From Clostridia bacterium (lineage in GTDB: Bacteria; Bacillota; Clostridia; Christensenellales; UBA1242): 64,000 nucleotides of DNA. Numbering within the stretch: position 1 is the stretch's first letter; every line of letters begins with the position of its first letter. The DNA lies in NCBI GenBank assembly GCA_017467625.1, contig JAFUSN010000002.1:5008-69007 (forward strand). Reading direction: 5' to 3'. This document shows, one piece after another, positions 8,408 to 17,651 of the stretch. The position numbers and the translations under genes were made by a program. The notes under the pieces were generated by a model. That model searched no databases. It was not told the origin of the DNA and saw only the letters and a program-made list of their open reading frames with translations.

Positions 8408-10327
8408 TTATTTTAGCTGCATTAAAAGAACTGTTATATCTGCGGGGTTAACTCCAGAAATTCGACTTGCCATTCCAACTGTTAAAGGTTTGATTTTGGC
8501 AAGTTTTTCTTTTGCTTCAAGCCTGAGACCTGAAAGTGATGAATAATTAAAATCAGCTGGAATTTTTTTCTCTTCAAGTTTCTTGTTTTGTTCAATTTGT
8601 TCTCTTTGCATTTCAATGTATCCAGAATATTTTGTGTCAATTTCAACTTCATTTAAAACTTGCTTATTAAAGCCAGAAACAAATTTAATGGCTTTGTTTA
8701 ATTCATTAAATTTAACAGCTGGACGCTTCAAAAGATTTTCAACTGAGGTTCCTGCTGACACTGGTTTTTCACCAATTGAAATTAAATAATTATTCAATTT
8801 TTCACTTGGTGGAACAGATTTTTTGATTTTTTCTTTTAATTTTGCAATTTTTTTAGATTTTTTTAGAAATATATTATATCTTTCATCATCAACCAAACCG
8901 ACTTTTCTTCCAATTTCAGTGAGTCTTATGTCGGCATTGTCTTGCCTTAAAATTAAACGATATTCAGCGCGGCTTGTCATCATTCGGTAAGGTTCAATGG
9001 TTCCTTTTGTTGTGAGATCATCAACTAAAACACCAATATACGCATCATCTCTTTTTAAAATGATTTGTTCTTTTCCACGAAGATAAAGTGAAGCATTTAT
9101 GCCTGCCAAAATTCCTTGACCGGCAGCCTCTTCGTAGCCGCTTGTTCCATTAATTTGCCCTGCACAGAAAATGCCTTTTACTTTTTTAAATTCAAGTGTT
9201 GGAAATAGGTTTAGTGGATCAATGCAATCATATTCAATAGCATAGGCATATTTTAAAATTTTGGTTTTTTCCATTCCTTCAATGCTTTCAACCATTTCAT
9301 GCTGAATTTCAGCGGGCATGCTGGTGCTTAAGCCCTGAATGTAAATTGTGTTATCAGCAAGAGTTTCTGGCTCCAAAAAAATTTGATGACGTTCTTTGTC
9401 ATTAAAACGAACAAATTTTGATTCAATTGAAGGGCAATATCTTGGGCCTTCGCCAGTGATTACTCCTGAATAAACGGGGGCTTTATCAATGTTTTCCATA
9501 ACAAGTTTTTTTGTTTTTTCACTCGTGTAGCCAAGCCAACATACACGCACATTTTTATTTGCTTTTTTAGTTAAAAATGAAAAAGTTTGTATGTTTTTAT
9601 CACCTTTTTGAATAGTAAATTTTGAATAGTCAATTGTGTTTCCATCAACTCGTGGTGGAGTTCCGGTTTTAAAGCGTCTTATGTCAAATCCAATTTGCTG
9701 TAATGATTTTGTTAAACTTGAAGCGTAAGGGAAACCAGAAGGCCCAGAGCTTTTGATTATGTCGCCAGTGATTGTTCTTGAATTTAAGTAAACACCAGTT
9801 GTTAAAACCACGGCACGAACAGGGAATGTTTTTCCATCGGCAGTTTTTACAGCTTCAAGCTTTCCATTTGGAGCGACAATTTCACTGCATTCACCATCAT
9901 AAATAAACAAATTTTCCTGGTTTTCAAGAACTTGTTGCATTGACCTATGATAGCCAGTTTTGTCAACTTGTGCACGCAGACTTTGAACTGCAGGTCCTTT
10001 TCCCATGTTGAGCATTCTAAGTTGAATTGTGTTTTTGTCAGCCTGCTTTCCCATTTCGCCACCAAGGGCATCAACCTCGCAAACAATATGGCCCTTTGCA
10101 GTTCCACCAATTGATGGGTTGCATGGCAAAAAGGCAATATTATCTCTTGTCAAATTTATAACAAGTGTTTTTTGGCCAGTTCTAGCAAGTGCAAGGGCAG
10201 CTTCGCAGCCGGCGTGACCCGCACCAATTACGGCAGCATCAAAAAATTCACCATTATTGATGGTGTATGTTTTGTTTGATATGTTTTTTTCGTAGTCTGT
10301 TATATCGTATTTTTCCATTTTATTCAA
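8408..10327 (-). CDS. mnmG: tRNA uridine-5-carboxymethylaminomethyl(34) synthesis enzyme MnmG
   Basis: GAGHAGCEAA, CNPSIGGTAKG, GPRYCPSIE, GQINGTSGYEEAA. Confidence 0.98.
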   Translation of the reverse strand: MNKMEKYDITDYEKNISNKTYTINNGEFFDAAVIGAGHAGCEAALALARTGQKTLVINLTRDNIAFLPCNPSIGGTAKGHIVCEVDALGGEMGKQADKNTIQLRMLNMGKGPAVQSLRAQVDKTGYHRSMQQVLENQENLFIYDGECSEIVAPNGKLEAVKTADGKTFPVRAVVLTTGVYLNSRTITGDIIKSSGPSGFPYASSLTKSLQQIGFDIRRFKTGTPPRVDGNTIDYSKFTIQKGDKNIQTFSFLTKKANKNVRVCWLGYTSEKTKKLVMENIDKAPVYSGVITGEGPRYCPSIESKFVRFNDKERHQIFLEPETLADNTIYIQGLSTSMPAEIQHEMVESIEGMEKTKILKYAYAIEYDCIDPLNLFPTLEFKKVKGIFCAGQINGTSGYEEAAGQGILAGINASLYLRGKEQIILKRDDAYIGVLVDDLTTKGTIEPYRMMTSRAEYRLILRQDNADIRLTEIGRKVGLVDDERYNIFLKKSKKIAKLKEKIKKSVPPSEKLNNYLISIGEKPVSAGTSVENLLKRPAVKFNELNKAIKFVSGFNKQVLNEVEIDTKYSGYIEMQREQIEQNKKLEEKKIPADFNYSSLSGLRLEAKEKLAKIKPLTVGMASRISGVNPADITVLLMQLK

Positions 10328-10949
10328 AAGTCTTTTCCGTTTTTAAATTTTCGCGTGCTGCAAATGAGTCAAAGTCTGGGTATGGATTGAGATAAACTGC
10401 AATTAGTTCTAAATCCCAATTTAAACCAATTTCAAATCCAAGTGACTCAAATAATTTTTGGCTGTGTTCATTTTCATGATGAATTGCAGCGGTTATTTTG
10501 TCAAAGTTTGTTTCAAAAAGTTTATCTATTTTTTGCTTTAAAGGTGTATGGCTAATTTGAAATTGATCTTCAGCAAAATCATTTGATTGTTTAATCATTT
10601 CCTTTGCAAGGCCTTGGCCCTGCTTGTCTGGGCGAACACAAACATATTCAAAATTTAATATGAAGTCGTCATTATTTGTAAGTTCAATTGCTGTGAAACC
10701 AATCACTTCACCAGCCTCATTTTTAAATGATAGAATGAAGTATTGTTGATTTTGATAAGTAAATTTTTTATCAATTTTTGGCAACTTATTTTCAAAGAGA
10801 TTTTGCAATGAACCAAAAGGATCTTGTTTATTTGAATTTACAACAAAATCCTCAATTTCTTTCATTTGATTGCTGTTAAATTTCTTTTCCCAGAATGAAA
10901 TTTCAGCCGCATCTTCAGGAGTTAAAACATTTAATTTAATTTTTTCCAT
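10320..10949 (-). CDS. GNAT-family N-acetyltransferase
   Basis: VRPDKQGQGLAK acetyl-CoA motif, NxxSxxLFESLGF; start set at ATG 10949 just after mnmE stop. Confidence 0.85.
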   Translation of the reverse strand: MEKIKLNVLTPEDAAEISFWEKKFNSNQMKEIEDFVVNSNKQDPFGSLQNLFENKLPKIDKKFTYQNQQYFILSFKNEAGEVIGFTAIELTNNDDFILNFEYVCVRPDKQGQGLAKEMIKQSNDFAEDQFQISHTPLKQKIDKLFETNFDKITAAIHHENEHSQKLFESLGFEIGLNWDLELIAVYLNPYPDFDSFAARENLKTEKTFE

Positions 10950-10951
10950 TA

Positions 10952-12298
10952 TTATTTTCCTAAACAAAATTTATCAAAAATTTTATCAATAATATCTTCA
11001 CTTGTTGTGTTTCCAGTGATTTCACCAACAGCAAGATAAGCTGCTTTAATTGAAATTGACACTAAATCAAGCGTGTCAACAGAAATGTTTGAAATTGCAT
11101 CTTGCAGTGCTTTTAAAGTTCTTTCAAGTGCATCTTTATGTCTTTCATTTGTGATTATAACGCTTGAACTTGACATTCCGTCAATTCTGGTTAGTTTTAA
11201 AATTTCGCTTTTAAGTTTTTCAATTCCAGCCCCCGTCACTGAACTAATTTCAATTTCATTTTCAAAATGTTTATTATTTTTTGAATCGAGGTCACTTTTT
11301 GTTTTTACGACAATATGTTTAACTGATTTGATTTCGTTGTAAATTGATTCATCTTCAGTTGAAAAGTTTGAATTTGAATCAACCAAAAACAGAACAAGAT
11401 CAGCCTGTTTAATTAATTTTTTTGCTCGGTCTACGCCAATTTTTTCAACTTTATCGGCTGTTTCATGGATTCCTGCAGTGTCAATTAAATTTATTTTTGT
11501 GTCGTCTAAAATAAATGTTTCTTCAATTGTATCCCTTGTTGTTCCGGCAACATCAGTTACAATTGCACGTTCTTTTTGAAGTAAGTTGTTTAAAAGACTT
11601 GATTTTCCAACATTTGGTTTTCCAATAATTAAAACATTTATTCCGTCTTTAATAAATTTTCCTGCAGAACTTGTTTTTAAAACTTCAGCAATTTTATCTT
11701 TAAGCGTGATAAGCCTGCTTTTTACATTTGATTTGGTGATATATTCAATTGTTTCTTCAGGATAGTCAAATGAAACTTCAATTTCTGATAAAATATCCGT
11801 TAGTTCGCTTTGAGCAGAAAATGCAAGTTTACTTAAATTTCCAGTTAAAAGATTATATCCTGCACGAATTTCAGCGTCGCTTTCAGCATTAATCATGTCC
11901 ATCATACCTTCGGCAGAAGACAGAGTGGTTTTTCCATTTAAAAATGCACGCTTTGTAAATTCACCGTTTGTGGCAATTCTTGCACCTTTTAAAATGCATT
12001 CATGCATAATGCCATTTGCAATTTGACTTCCGCCATGGCACTGAAATTCAACCATATCCTCGCCGGTATATGACTTTGGTCCTTTAAAAACAACACACAT
12101 TGCTTGTTCATTAAAGTTTTCGGTTTTAACAGTTCCAAGCACAAGTTTTCTTGGTTCAAAAGAAGAAGGATGTTTTTTTCCAGCAGAAAAAATTTCATCG
12201 GCAATTGAAATTGAATTTTGTCCGGTGAGCCTTACAATTGAAATTGCGCCAGAAGTTGTTCCTGTTGAAACAGCCACGATTGTGCTTGATGTATCCAT
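10952..12298 (-). CDS. mnmE: tRNA modification GTPase MnmE
   Basis: SYTGEDMVEFQCHGG, GKPNVGKSS, GTTRD, DTAG, FCLGK C-terminus. Confidence 0.98.
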   Translation of the reverse strand: MDTSSTIVAVSTGTTSGAISIVRLTGQNSISIADEIFSAGKKHPSSFEPRKLVLGTVKTENFNEQAMCVVFKGPKSYTGEDMVEFQCHGGSQIANGIMHECILKGARIATNGEFTKRAFLNGKTTLSSAEGMMDMINAESDAEIRAGYNLLTGNLSKLAFSAQSELTDILSEIEVSFDYPEETIEYITKSNVKSRLITLKDKIAEVLKTSSAGKFIKDGINVLIIGKPNVGKSSLLNNLLQKERAIVTDVAGTTRDTIEETFILDDTKINLIDTAGIHETADKVEKIGVDRAKKLIKQADLVLFLVDSNSNFSTEDESIYNEIKSVKHIVVKTKSDLDSKNNKHFENEIEISSVTGAGIEKLKSEILKLTRIDGMSSSSVIITNERHKDALERTLKALQDAISNISVDTLDLVSISIKAAYLAVGEITGNTTSEDIIDKIFDKFCLGK

Positions 12299-12437
12299 AC
12301 CTTAAGATTATAGCACTTTTATTTATTTTTTCAATAAATTTTTTGTATAATGTCTTTTAAATTAAAAATTGACGGTAGATTAATCAACATTTATAATGAA
12401 AACAAGTTTTAAAAATTTTTGAAACAGGAGATTTAAA

Positions 12438-12917
12438 ATGAAAAAAATAAATTATAAAGTGGTGTTTGGAAATAGATTTAATGCGGCTTTTTTTGATCAA
12501 TATAACATTGCGCCCGTATTTGAAGATTTGTCAGAAATTCAAGATATGGTTGAAATTAAGTTTAAACCAATGAATCATGAAGTTGATGAACTCACACAGA
12601 AGTATTTTGGTGAGCGCTTGGCTTTTGTGACAAGCGAAGCAAGAAAAGAAGAAATTTTGCACGAGTGCAAACAAAAAGCCTCAAGTGAAGTTAGAAGGCA
12701 GCATGACAATGCATTAAAAATGTTTTTTGATTCACTTGAAAGTTTTTCAGGAACAGCTTATGCATTAATTTCAGAACAGGGAGTAGGAAGAGATGTTTTA
12801 GGGTGTGTTTTTGCAAATGAAGAACTCGCAAAAAAGTATCTTTCAATGCAAAGCGATCTCGTTGAAATGGGATATCAAATTATTACAGGGACTGTTCCAC
12901 AAAAAGAAAAAATATAA
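12438..12917 (+). CDS. Orphan hypothetical protein, antisense to and between jag and mnmE
   Basis: 159 aa; TTGACG-16-TATAAT promoter, AGGAG RBS, terminator at 12917-12944. Confidence 0.8.
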   Translation: MKKINYKVVFGNRFNAAFFDQYNIAPVFEDLSEIQDMVEIKFKPMNHEVDELTQKYFGERLAFVTSEARKEEILHECKQKASSEVRRQHDNALKMFFDSLESFSGTAYALISEQGVGRDVLGCVFANEELAKKYLSMQSDLVEMGYQIITGTVPQKEKI

Positions 12918-12942
12918 AAAAAACACCCAAATGGGTGTTTTT

Positions 12943-13665
12943 TTAATCTGCGTCAGTTCTATGTTCGGTTTTTGCTCTTGTGTCAGGAACTTCAGAAACT
13001 GAATCATCTTCAAAATAATCTTTTGTTTCATCATAATTCTTTGATTTTGTTATGTTGCTTTTAAGTTTAACAACAACATATCTGTTTGGCTCATTGCCAT
13101 ATGATTCAGTTATAACTTTATCATGATCAGAAAGGGCAGAGTGAATGATTCTTCTTTCATATGAATTCATTGGTTCAAATTTAAATTCCTTGTGATCACG
13201 AATAACTTTTCCTGCAGTGCGTTTTGCAAGGTTTGTGAGAGTGTCTTGACGACGAACAACATAATTATTGCTGTCAACAGTAACTCTTTTTGATTCTTCA
13301 CGAGGCTTATCCTTGTTGTAAATTGCATTAACAACGGTTTGGAACTCCTCAATTGAATCGCCGTGCTTTCCAATAAAAATTGCTGCGTCAGCACCTGTTA
13401 CATTAACAAAGAAATCGTTTTCTCTTTCTTCAACATAAACTTCAAGATCAAGACCCATAAGCTTAATAATTTTTTCAACAAGTTCTTTAACAATGGCTTC
13501 TTCTGGGCTAGTTGTGCTGAGAGAAAGTCTAACTTTTGCCTTATTGAAAAGACCAGCCTGCTCTAAAATTTCAATTTTAACATCATTTCTTGTTGCACCA
13601 AGTTTGTATAGTCCAATTTCAATTGCTTGGTCAACTGTTTTTCCTTGTGATTCAATACTTTTCAT
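12943..13665 (-). CDS. jag: Jag/EloR (KhpB) RNA-binding protein
   Basis: Jag_N (GKTVDQAI), KH (IGKHG), R3H (ERRIIH). Confidence 0.95.
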   Translation of the reverse strand: MKSIESQGKTVDQAIEIGLYKLGATRNDVKIEILEQAGLFNKAKVRLSLSTTSPEEAIVKELVEKIIKLMGLDLEVYVEERENDFFVNVTGADAAIFIGKHGDSIEEFQTVVNAIYNKDKPREESKRVTVDSNNYVVRRQDTLTNLAKRTAGKVIRDHKEFKFEPMNSYERRIIHSALSDHDKVITESYGNEPNRYVVVKLKSNITKSKNYDETKDYFEDDSVSEVPDTRAKTEHRTDAD

Positions 13666-13668
13666 ATG

Positions 13669-14934
13669 CTACCCCTGTAATTTTCCTTTTCTAATGAGTC
13701 TGTTTGCTTCTTTTTCAAGTTCTTCTTCAACTTCAAGTCTTTGTTTTTTGGTTAATGCATCAACAATTAAAGTTGTGAGTTCTCCAATAACAATTGATGC
13801 TAAACTACTTGAAATAATGTAAATACCAAATCCTGAACCAGTTGTTAAAGTGAACATAATCATGATTGCAGGCAAAATAAACTTCATAAGTTTTAGGGTT
13901 CCACCATTCATTGGGTTTGCTCCCTTTGCAACTTGGTTGGCTTTTTTATTTTTAAGTTTTGTGTGAAGTTCACTGATCCATTGAGATAAAAATGTTAATA
14001 CACCAGCCATAATTGCTAAAATATAGTAACCATTTTGTGCTCTAATTGGAACATTTTCTGGATTTGTTGAACTGAAAACTAAACCGTGAATATTTGAATA
14101 ACTACGTTCGGAAATGTTTTCTTTAACATACCATTCATACCCACCACTTTTTGCATTGTTTACAAATCCTGCATAATCTGGTAACGGCCTAGTGTTTGCA
14201 TCTGCAACCCAAATGTTATCAATCCAAAGCCAGCTTTCTTTTACTTCATTCCACTTTGCCTTTGCAGTTTTTGCAAGAGTTAAATTAAGCTCTGCTGAAA
14301 CTGTTTCATTTAAATACTTATATAATGCTTGACCCTCAGTTACAATTTGATTGTTTTTAGCATATTCTTCTGTGGTTGTGTTAACACCTTCTTTTTCAAC
14401 ATATTGTTTTGCGTTATAGTATGCCTTGTCCCAAGCCTTAAACGCTTCAAGTGATTCAATTGATGAATCAAATTCTTTTGCCTTATTGTAAGTTTGTTCA
14501 TAGCAAGCTGTTTCAATTTGTTCATATTGGTTAATTTGTTCGTAAGCTGAAACTTTTCTAAGTGAACTATAAAGAGTGAAGAATATAACCATTGTTAAAA
14601 TCATATTAACAAGTGTAACAATACATCCAAGCCCAGTGTTTACGCCTTCGCGTTTATAAAGCGCATTTGTTTGTGCGCGAAGTGTTTGTTGATCAGCCCC
14701 ATATTTTTTTTGAAGTTTTGAAATTTGTGGGGAATATTTTTGTTGAACAAGAGTTTGTTTTTTTGTTGTAAATTTTACCATAAAGTCAAGTGGGGAAGTG
14801 ATTACTTTTACAAGCAAAGTAAACAAAAGTATTGTCCAGCCAAAGTTTAAAGCGTTTCCATGAATCCAATTGATTATAATTGTCCAGAGATCATGAGGAG
14901 CGCTAACTGCGGATATCCACGAAAAAATGTTCAT
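13669..14934 (-). CDS. yidC: Membrane protein insertase YidC
   Basis: FGWTILLFTLLVK, LYKREG...GC, WLWIDNIW; synteny; ATG 14934 fits AAGGAG RBS. Confidence 0.9.
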   Translation of the reverse strand: MNIFSWISAVSAPHDLWTIIINWIHGNALNFGWTILLFTLLVKVITSPLDFMVKFTTKKQTLVQQKYSPQISKLQKKYGADQQTLRAQTNALYKREGVNTGLGCIVTLVNMILTMVIFFTLYSSLRKVSAYEQINQYEQIETACYEQTYNKAKEFDSSIESLEAFKAWDKAYYNAKQYVEKEGVNTTTEEYAKNNQIVTEGQALYKYLNETVSAELNLTLAKTAKAKWNEVKESWLWIDNIWVADANTRPLPDYAGFVNNAKSGGYEWYVKENISERSYSNIHGLVFSSTNPENVPIRAQNGYYILAIMAGVLTFLSQWISELHTKLKNKKANQVAKGANPMNGGTLKLMKFILPAIMIMFTLTTGSGFGIYIISSSLASIVIGELTTLIVDALTKKQRLEVEEELEKEANRLIRKGKLQG

Positions 14935-14946
14935 GAACAATTCTCC

Positions 14947-15222
14947 TTACATAAAATATTTATATTTCTTTTTGGGATTAAGCGGAACTTCGTCGGTTCC
15001 ACCAATCGCCTTTGAATGACATTTTGAAAGTCGTTTAACTGTCAAACCAAATCCTTTAAAAAAACCCCACTCAGCAAATGCCTGACCTGCATAAATTGAG
15101 CAGGTTGGAGAAAATTTGCATGCGTGGGGAATAAATGGTGAGATGCAAAATTTAAATATTGCAATGAAAAACAATGCAATGAATTTTGGTATGCTGATTA
15201 AAAATTTAAAAAACTTTTTCAT
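14947..15222 (-). CDS. yidD: Membrane protein insertion efficiency factor YidD
   Basis: ISP...CKFSPTCSIY...RLSKCH. Confidence 0.93.
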   Translation of the reverse strand: MKKFFKFLISIPKFIALFFIAIFKFCISPFIPHACKFSPTCSIYAGQAFAEWGFFKGFGLTVKRLSKCHSKAIGGTDEVPLNPKKKYKYFM

Positions 15223-15557
15223 GCTCTAATTCCTGCTTTTAAGGTTGCGTTTGCAAATTCTTTTTCAAGACCAGCAAAACTTTCCTCAATTATGTTTTCC
15301 TTTGCAACAACGATAATGTTGTAATTTTGTTTAAGATTTGGCAAGTGCCTGTAAACGATTTCACGAAGTCTGCGCCTAACCAGATTACGAATGTGCGCTT
15401 TGCCAATTTTTTTTGTTACAGCAAAGCCAACTTTAATATCTTTGGTTTTGGAAGTAGTAAAATAAATGCAAATATGTTTTTCATTTATTTTTTCACCCTT
15501 TTTGTAAACATAGTTATATTGGTAGCGCTTTTTTAATCTGTTTTCTTTTTTAAGCAT
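15219..15557 (-). CDS. rnpA: Ribonuclease P protein component
   Basis: GFAVTKKIGKAHIRNLVRRRLRE. Confidence 0.95.
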   Translation of the reverse strand: MLKKENRLKKRYQYNYVYKKGEKINEKHICIYFTTSKTKDIKVGFAVTKKIGKAHIRNLVRRRLREIVYRHLPNLKQNYNIIVVAKENIIEESFAGLEKEFANATLKAGIRA

Positions 15558-15574
15558 TTTTGCCTCGCTAGCAA

Positions 15575-15712
15575 TTATTTTCTAATAAGTTCTTTACGAC
15601 CCTTGTTTCTTCTACGAGCCAAAACATTTCTGCCGCCCTTGGTTCTCATTCTTTCTCTGAAACCATGAACTTTGTTTTTGTGATTCTTTTTTGGTTGATA
15701 AGTTCTTTTCAT
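15575..15712 (-). CDS. rpmH: 50S ribosomal protein L34
   Basis: Hand translation [45 protein letters not shown]; below ORF-track cutoff. Confidence 0.97.
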   Translation of the reverse strand: MKRTYQPKKNHKNKVHGFRERMRTKGGRNVLARRRNKGRKELIRK

Positions 15713-15838
15713 AATTGTCTCCTTTATTGTTTAGCACACACGAAAAATTTTCGCGCAAGCGGATTTACCTTGCCATTATAAACAAAACTTACCTCATTTG
15801 TCAAGAACAAACTTAGTTGTAATTAAAAAAGCCAAGCG

Positions 15839-16525
15839 TTAAGCTTGACTTTCTTTTTCTTTTTTTACTTTTTTGTTTAGCTTAATTGCCAAACATGAAT
15901 TGATAAATTCCTTATTGCCTTTCAGTGAAAGATAATATAAAACAGTCATAAGGGTTGCTGCAATGATCATTGCTCCAAGTTCTGTTACAAATGCAAGTGC
16001 ACTTGTCATATACCACTTTGGTGCAAAAATCACTTTTGCAAGGGTTAAAACAAATTCAATTAAACTGCAACTTCCAAATGCGTAGAAAAATACAGTTGTG
16101 GTTATAAATTTTTTGGTTGATTTAAGACGATTTTTGTCGTCTTTTTGTACGTTGTAGAACACTGAAAGGGCAATTGTGCTTGCCATAAAACCAATGTAGA
16201 GCATCATCACGCCCACTGCCCAGAGATTTGCGTGCAAATTGAAAAAGTAGTAGACATTTGTGAAAATGAAAAACGCAACATAAAACATAATTCTGAGCCA
16301 TTTTGGAAGTTCGGCGTTTAAAATTGATGTAGCGAAAAATCCTAAAATGTAAAGCACAAGCGAAACAGCAATTAAAATGTATGCAACTAAGTAGTTGAAA
16401 TTTTCATTAACTGAAATGCTTGTTACTTTAAATAGATTTAGCGTTAACAATGTTAAATAGGCTGCTGTTAGTGTTAAAACACCAATTAGTGTTATATTAC
16501 AAGCAAGGTCTTTTTTGAAATTCAT
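15839..16525 (-). CDS. Hypothetical multi-pass membrane protein co-oriented after dnaN
   Basis: 228 aa, about 6 hydrophobic segments, GAGG RBS. Confidence 0.8.
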   Translation of the reverse strand: MNFKKDLACNITLIGVLTLTAAYLTLLTLNLFKVTSISVNENFNYLVAYILIAVSLVLYILGFFATSILNAELPKWLRIMFYVAFFIFTNVYYFFNLHANLWAVGVMMLYIGFMASTIALSVFYNVQKDDKNRLKSTKKFITTTVFFYAFGSCSLIEFVLTLAKVIFAPKWYMTSALAFVTELGAMIIAATLMTVLYYLSLKGNKEFINSCLAIKLNKKVKKEKESQA

Positions 16526-16536
16526 AAATTTTCCTC

Positions 16537-17640
16537 TTATTCAACAATTCTTACAGGTAAAATCAAATATAAATACTTGTCATTTTCTGCAGAGCAGATT
16601 GTGCATGGTGCAATTTGAGATGTGAAGTTAAGTTTGATAAATTCATCATCAATCGTGTGCATGCAGTCGCTGAGATAGCGTGCATTAAATGCAATTGTGA
16701 GTTCTTTTCCTTCTAAAGATATGGTGATGTTTTCAGTGACATTACCGATGTTCGATGCGGAGGTGAGTGTTAAAACTCTGTCACGAATATCAAATTTAAC
16801 AAGGTTGTTTTTATCCATTCTTGCAAGAAGGCTTGCTCTTTCCAATCCATCTTCAAGTTGAGCTTTGCTTACAACAAGAGTGGTGGTTGAGGTTGATGGA
16901 ATAACTTGACGATAGTTAATAAATTCACCATCAATAAGTCTTGTCATAATTTTTGTTTTGCCATCGGTTAAATAAATGTGGTTTTGACCAATCAAAACAT
17001 CAATTGTTTCGTCAGTTGATTCTAAGAGTTTTGAAATTTCAGCCAAACTTCTTGCAGGAATTATGAATGATGTTTTTGAAGTAGTGCATGTTGCAGGAAC
17101 TTTAACCATTGCCAAACGATAGCCATCAAGCGCAACGGCTGTTACAGTTCCGTTGTCAATTTCAAAAAGGCAACCTTTTAAAATTGGTCTTGCATCATCA
17201 ACAGCAACAGAGAAAATTGTTTTATCAATAAGTTCTTTGAAATCACTTGTTTTCAAAGTGAGTGTTTCAGGTGAAGAAATTGGTTTAATTACTGGAAATT
17301 CTTCAGCACTTAATGCCTGAAGGTATCCTTCTGAATCAGTATATTTAATTTTGAGTGAATTTTTATCGGTGAGAGAAAGTTCAATTTGCTCATTTGAAAG
17401 TTTCTTCACAAAGTCTGCAAAAAATTTTCCAGGAACAACAGCATCACCAGGAACTTTTACATCTGCATCAATTGTTTTTTCAATTGAAATTTCAAGGTCA
17501 GTTGCAGAAAGGGTGAGCTTATCTTCACTTGCATGAAGTTTAATTCCTTCCAAAATTGGGTTTGTTGTTCTAACTGCAGTTGCACGAATAACTTTTAAAA
17601 CTGCATCACTTAAATCTAATCCATCACAAATAAGTTTCAT
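16537..17640 (-). CDS. dnaN: DNA polymerase III beta clamp
   Basis: SATDLEISI, VALDGYRLA, IAFNARYL, YLILPVR. Confidence 0.98.
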   Translation of the reverse strand: MKLICDGLDLSDAVLKVIRATAVRTTNPILEGIKLHASEDKLTLSATDLEISIEKTIDADVKVPGDAVVPGKFFADFVKKLSNEQIELSLTDKNSLKIKYTDSEGYLQALSAEEFPVIKPISSPETLTLKTSDFKELIDKTIFSVAVDDARPILKGCLFEIDNGTVTAVALDGYRLAMVKVPATCTTSKTSFIIPARSLAEISKLLESTDETIDVLIGQNHIYLTDGKTKIMTRLIDGEFINYRQVIPSTSTTTLVVSKAQLEDGLERASLLARMDKNNLVKFDIRDRVLTLTSASNIGNVTENITISLEGKELTIAFNARYLSDCMHTIDDEFIKLNFTSQIAPCTICSAENDKYLYLILPVRIVE

Positions 17641-17651
17641 ATTTTTCTCCT

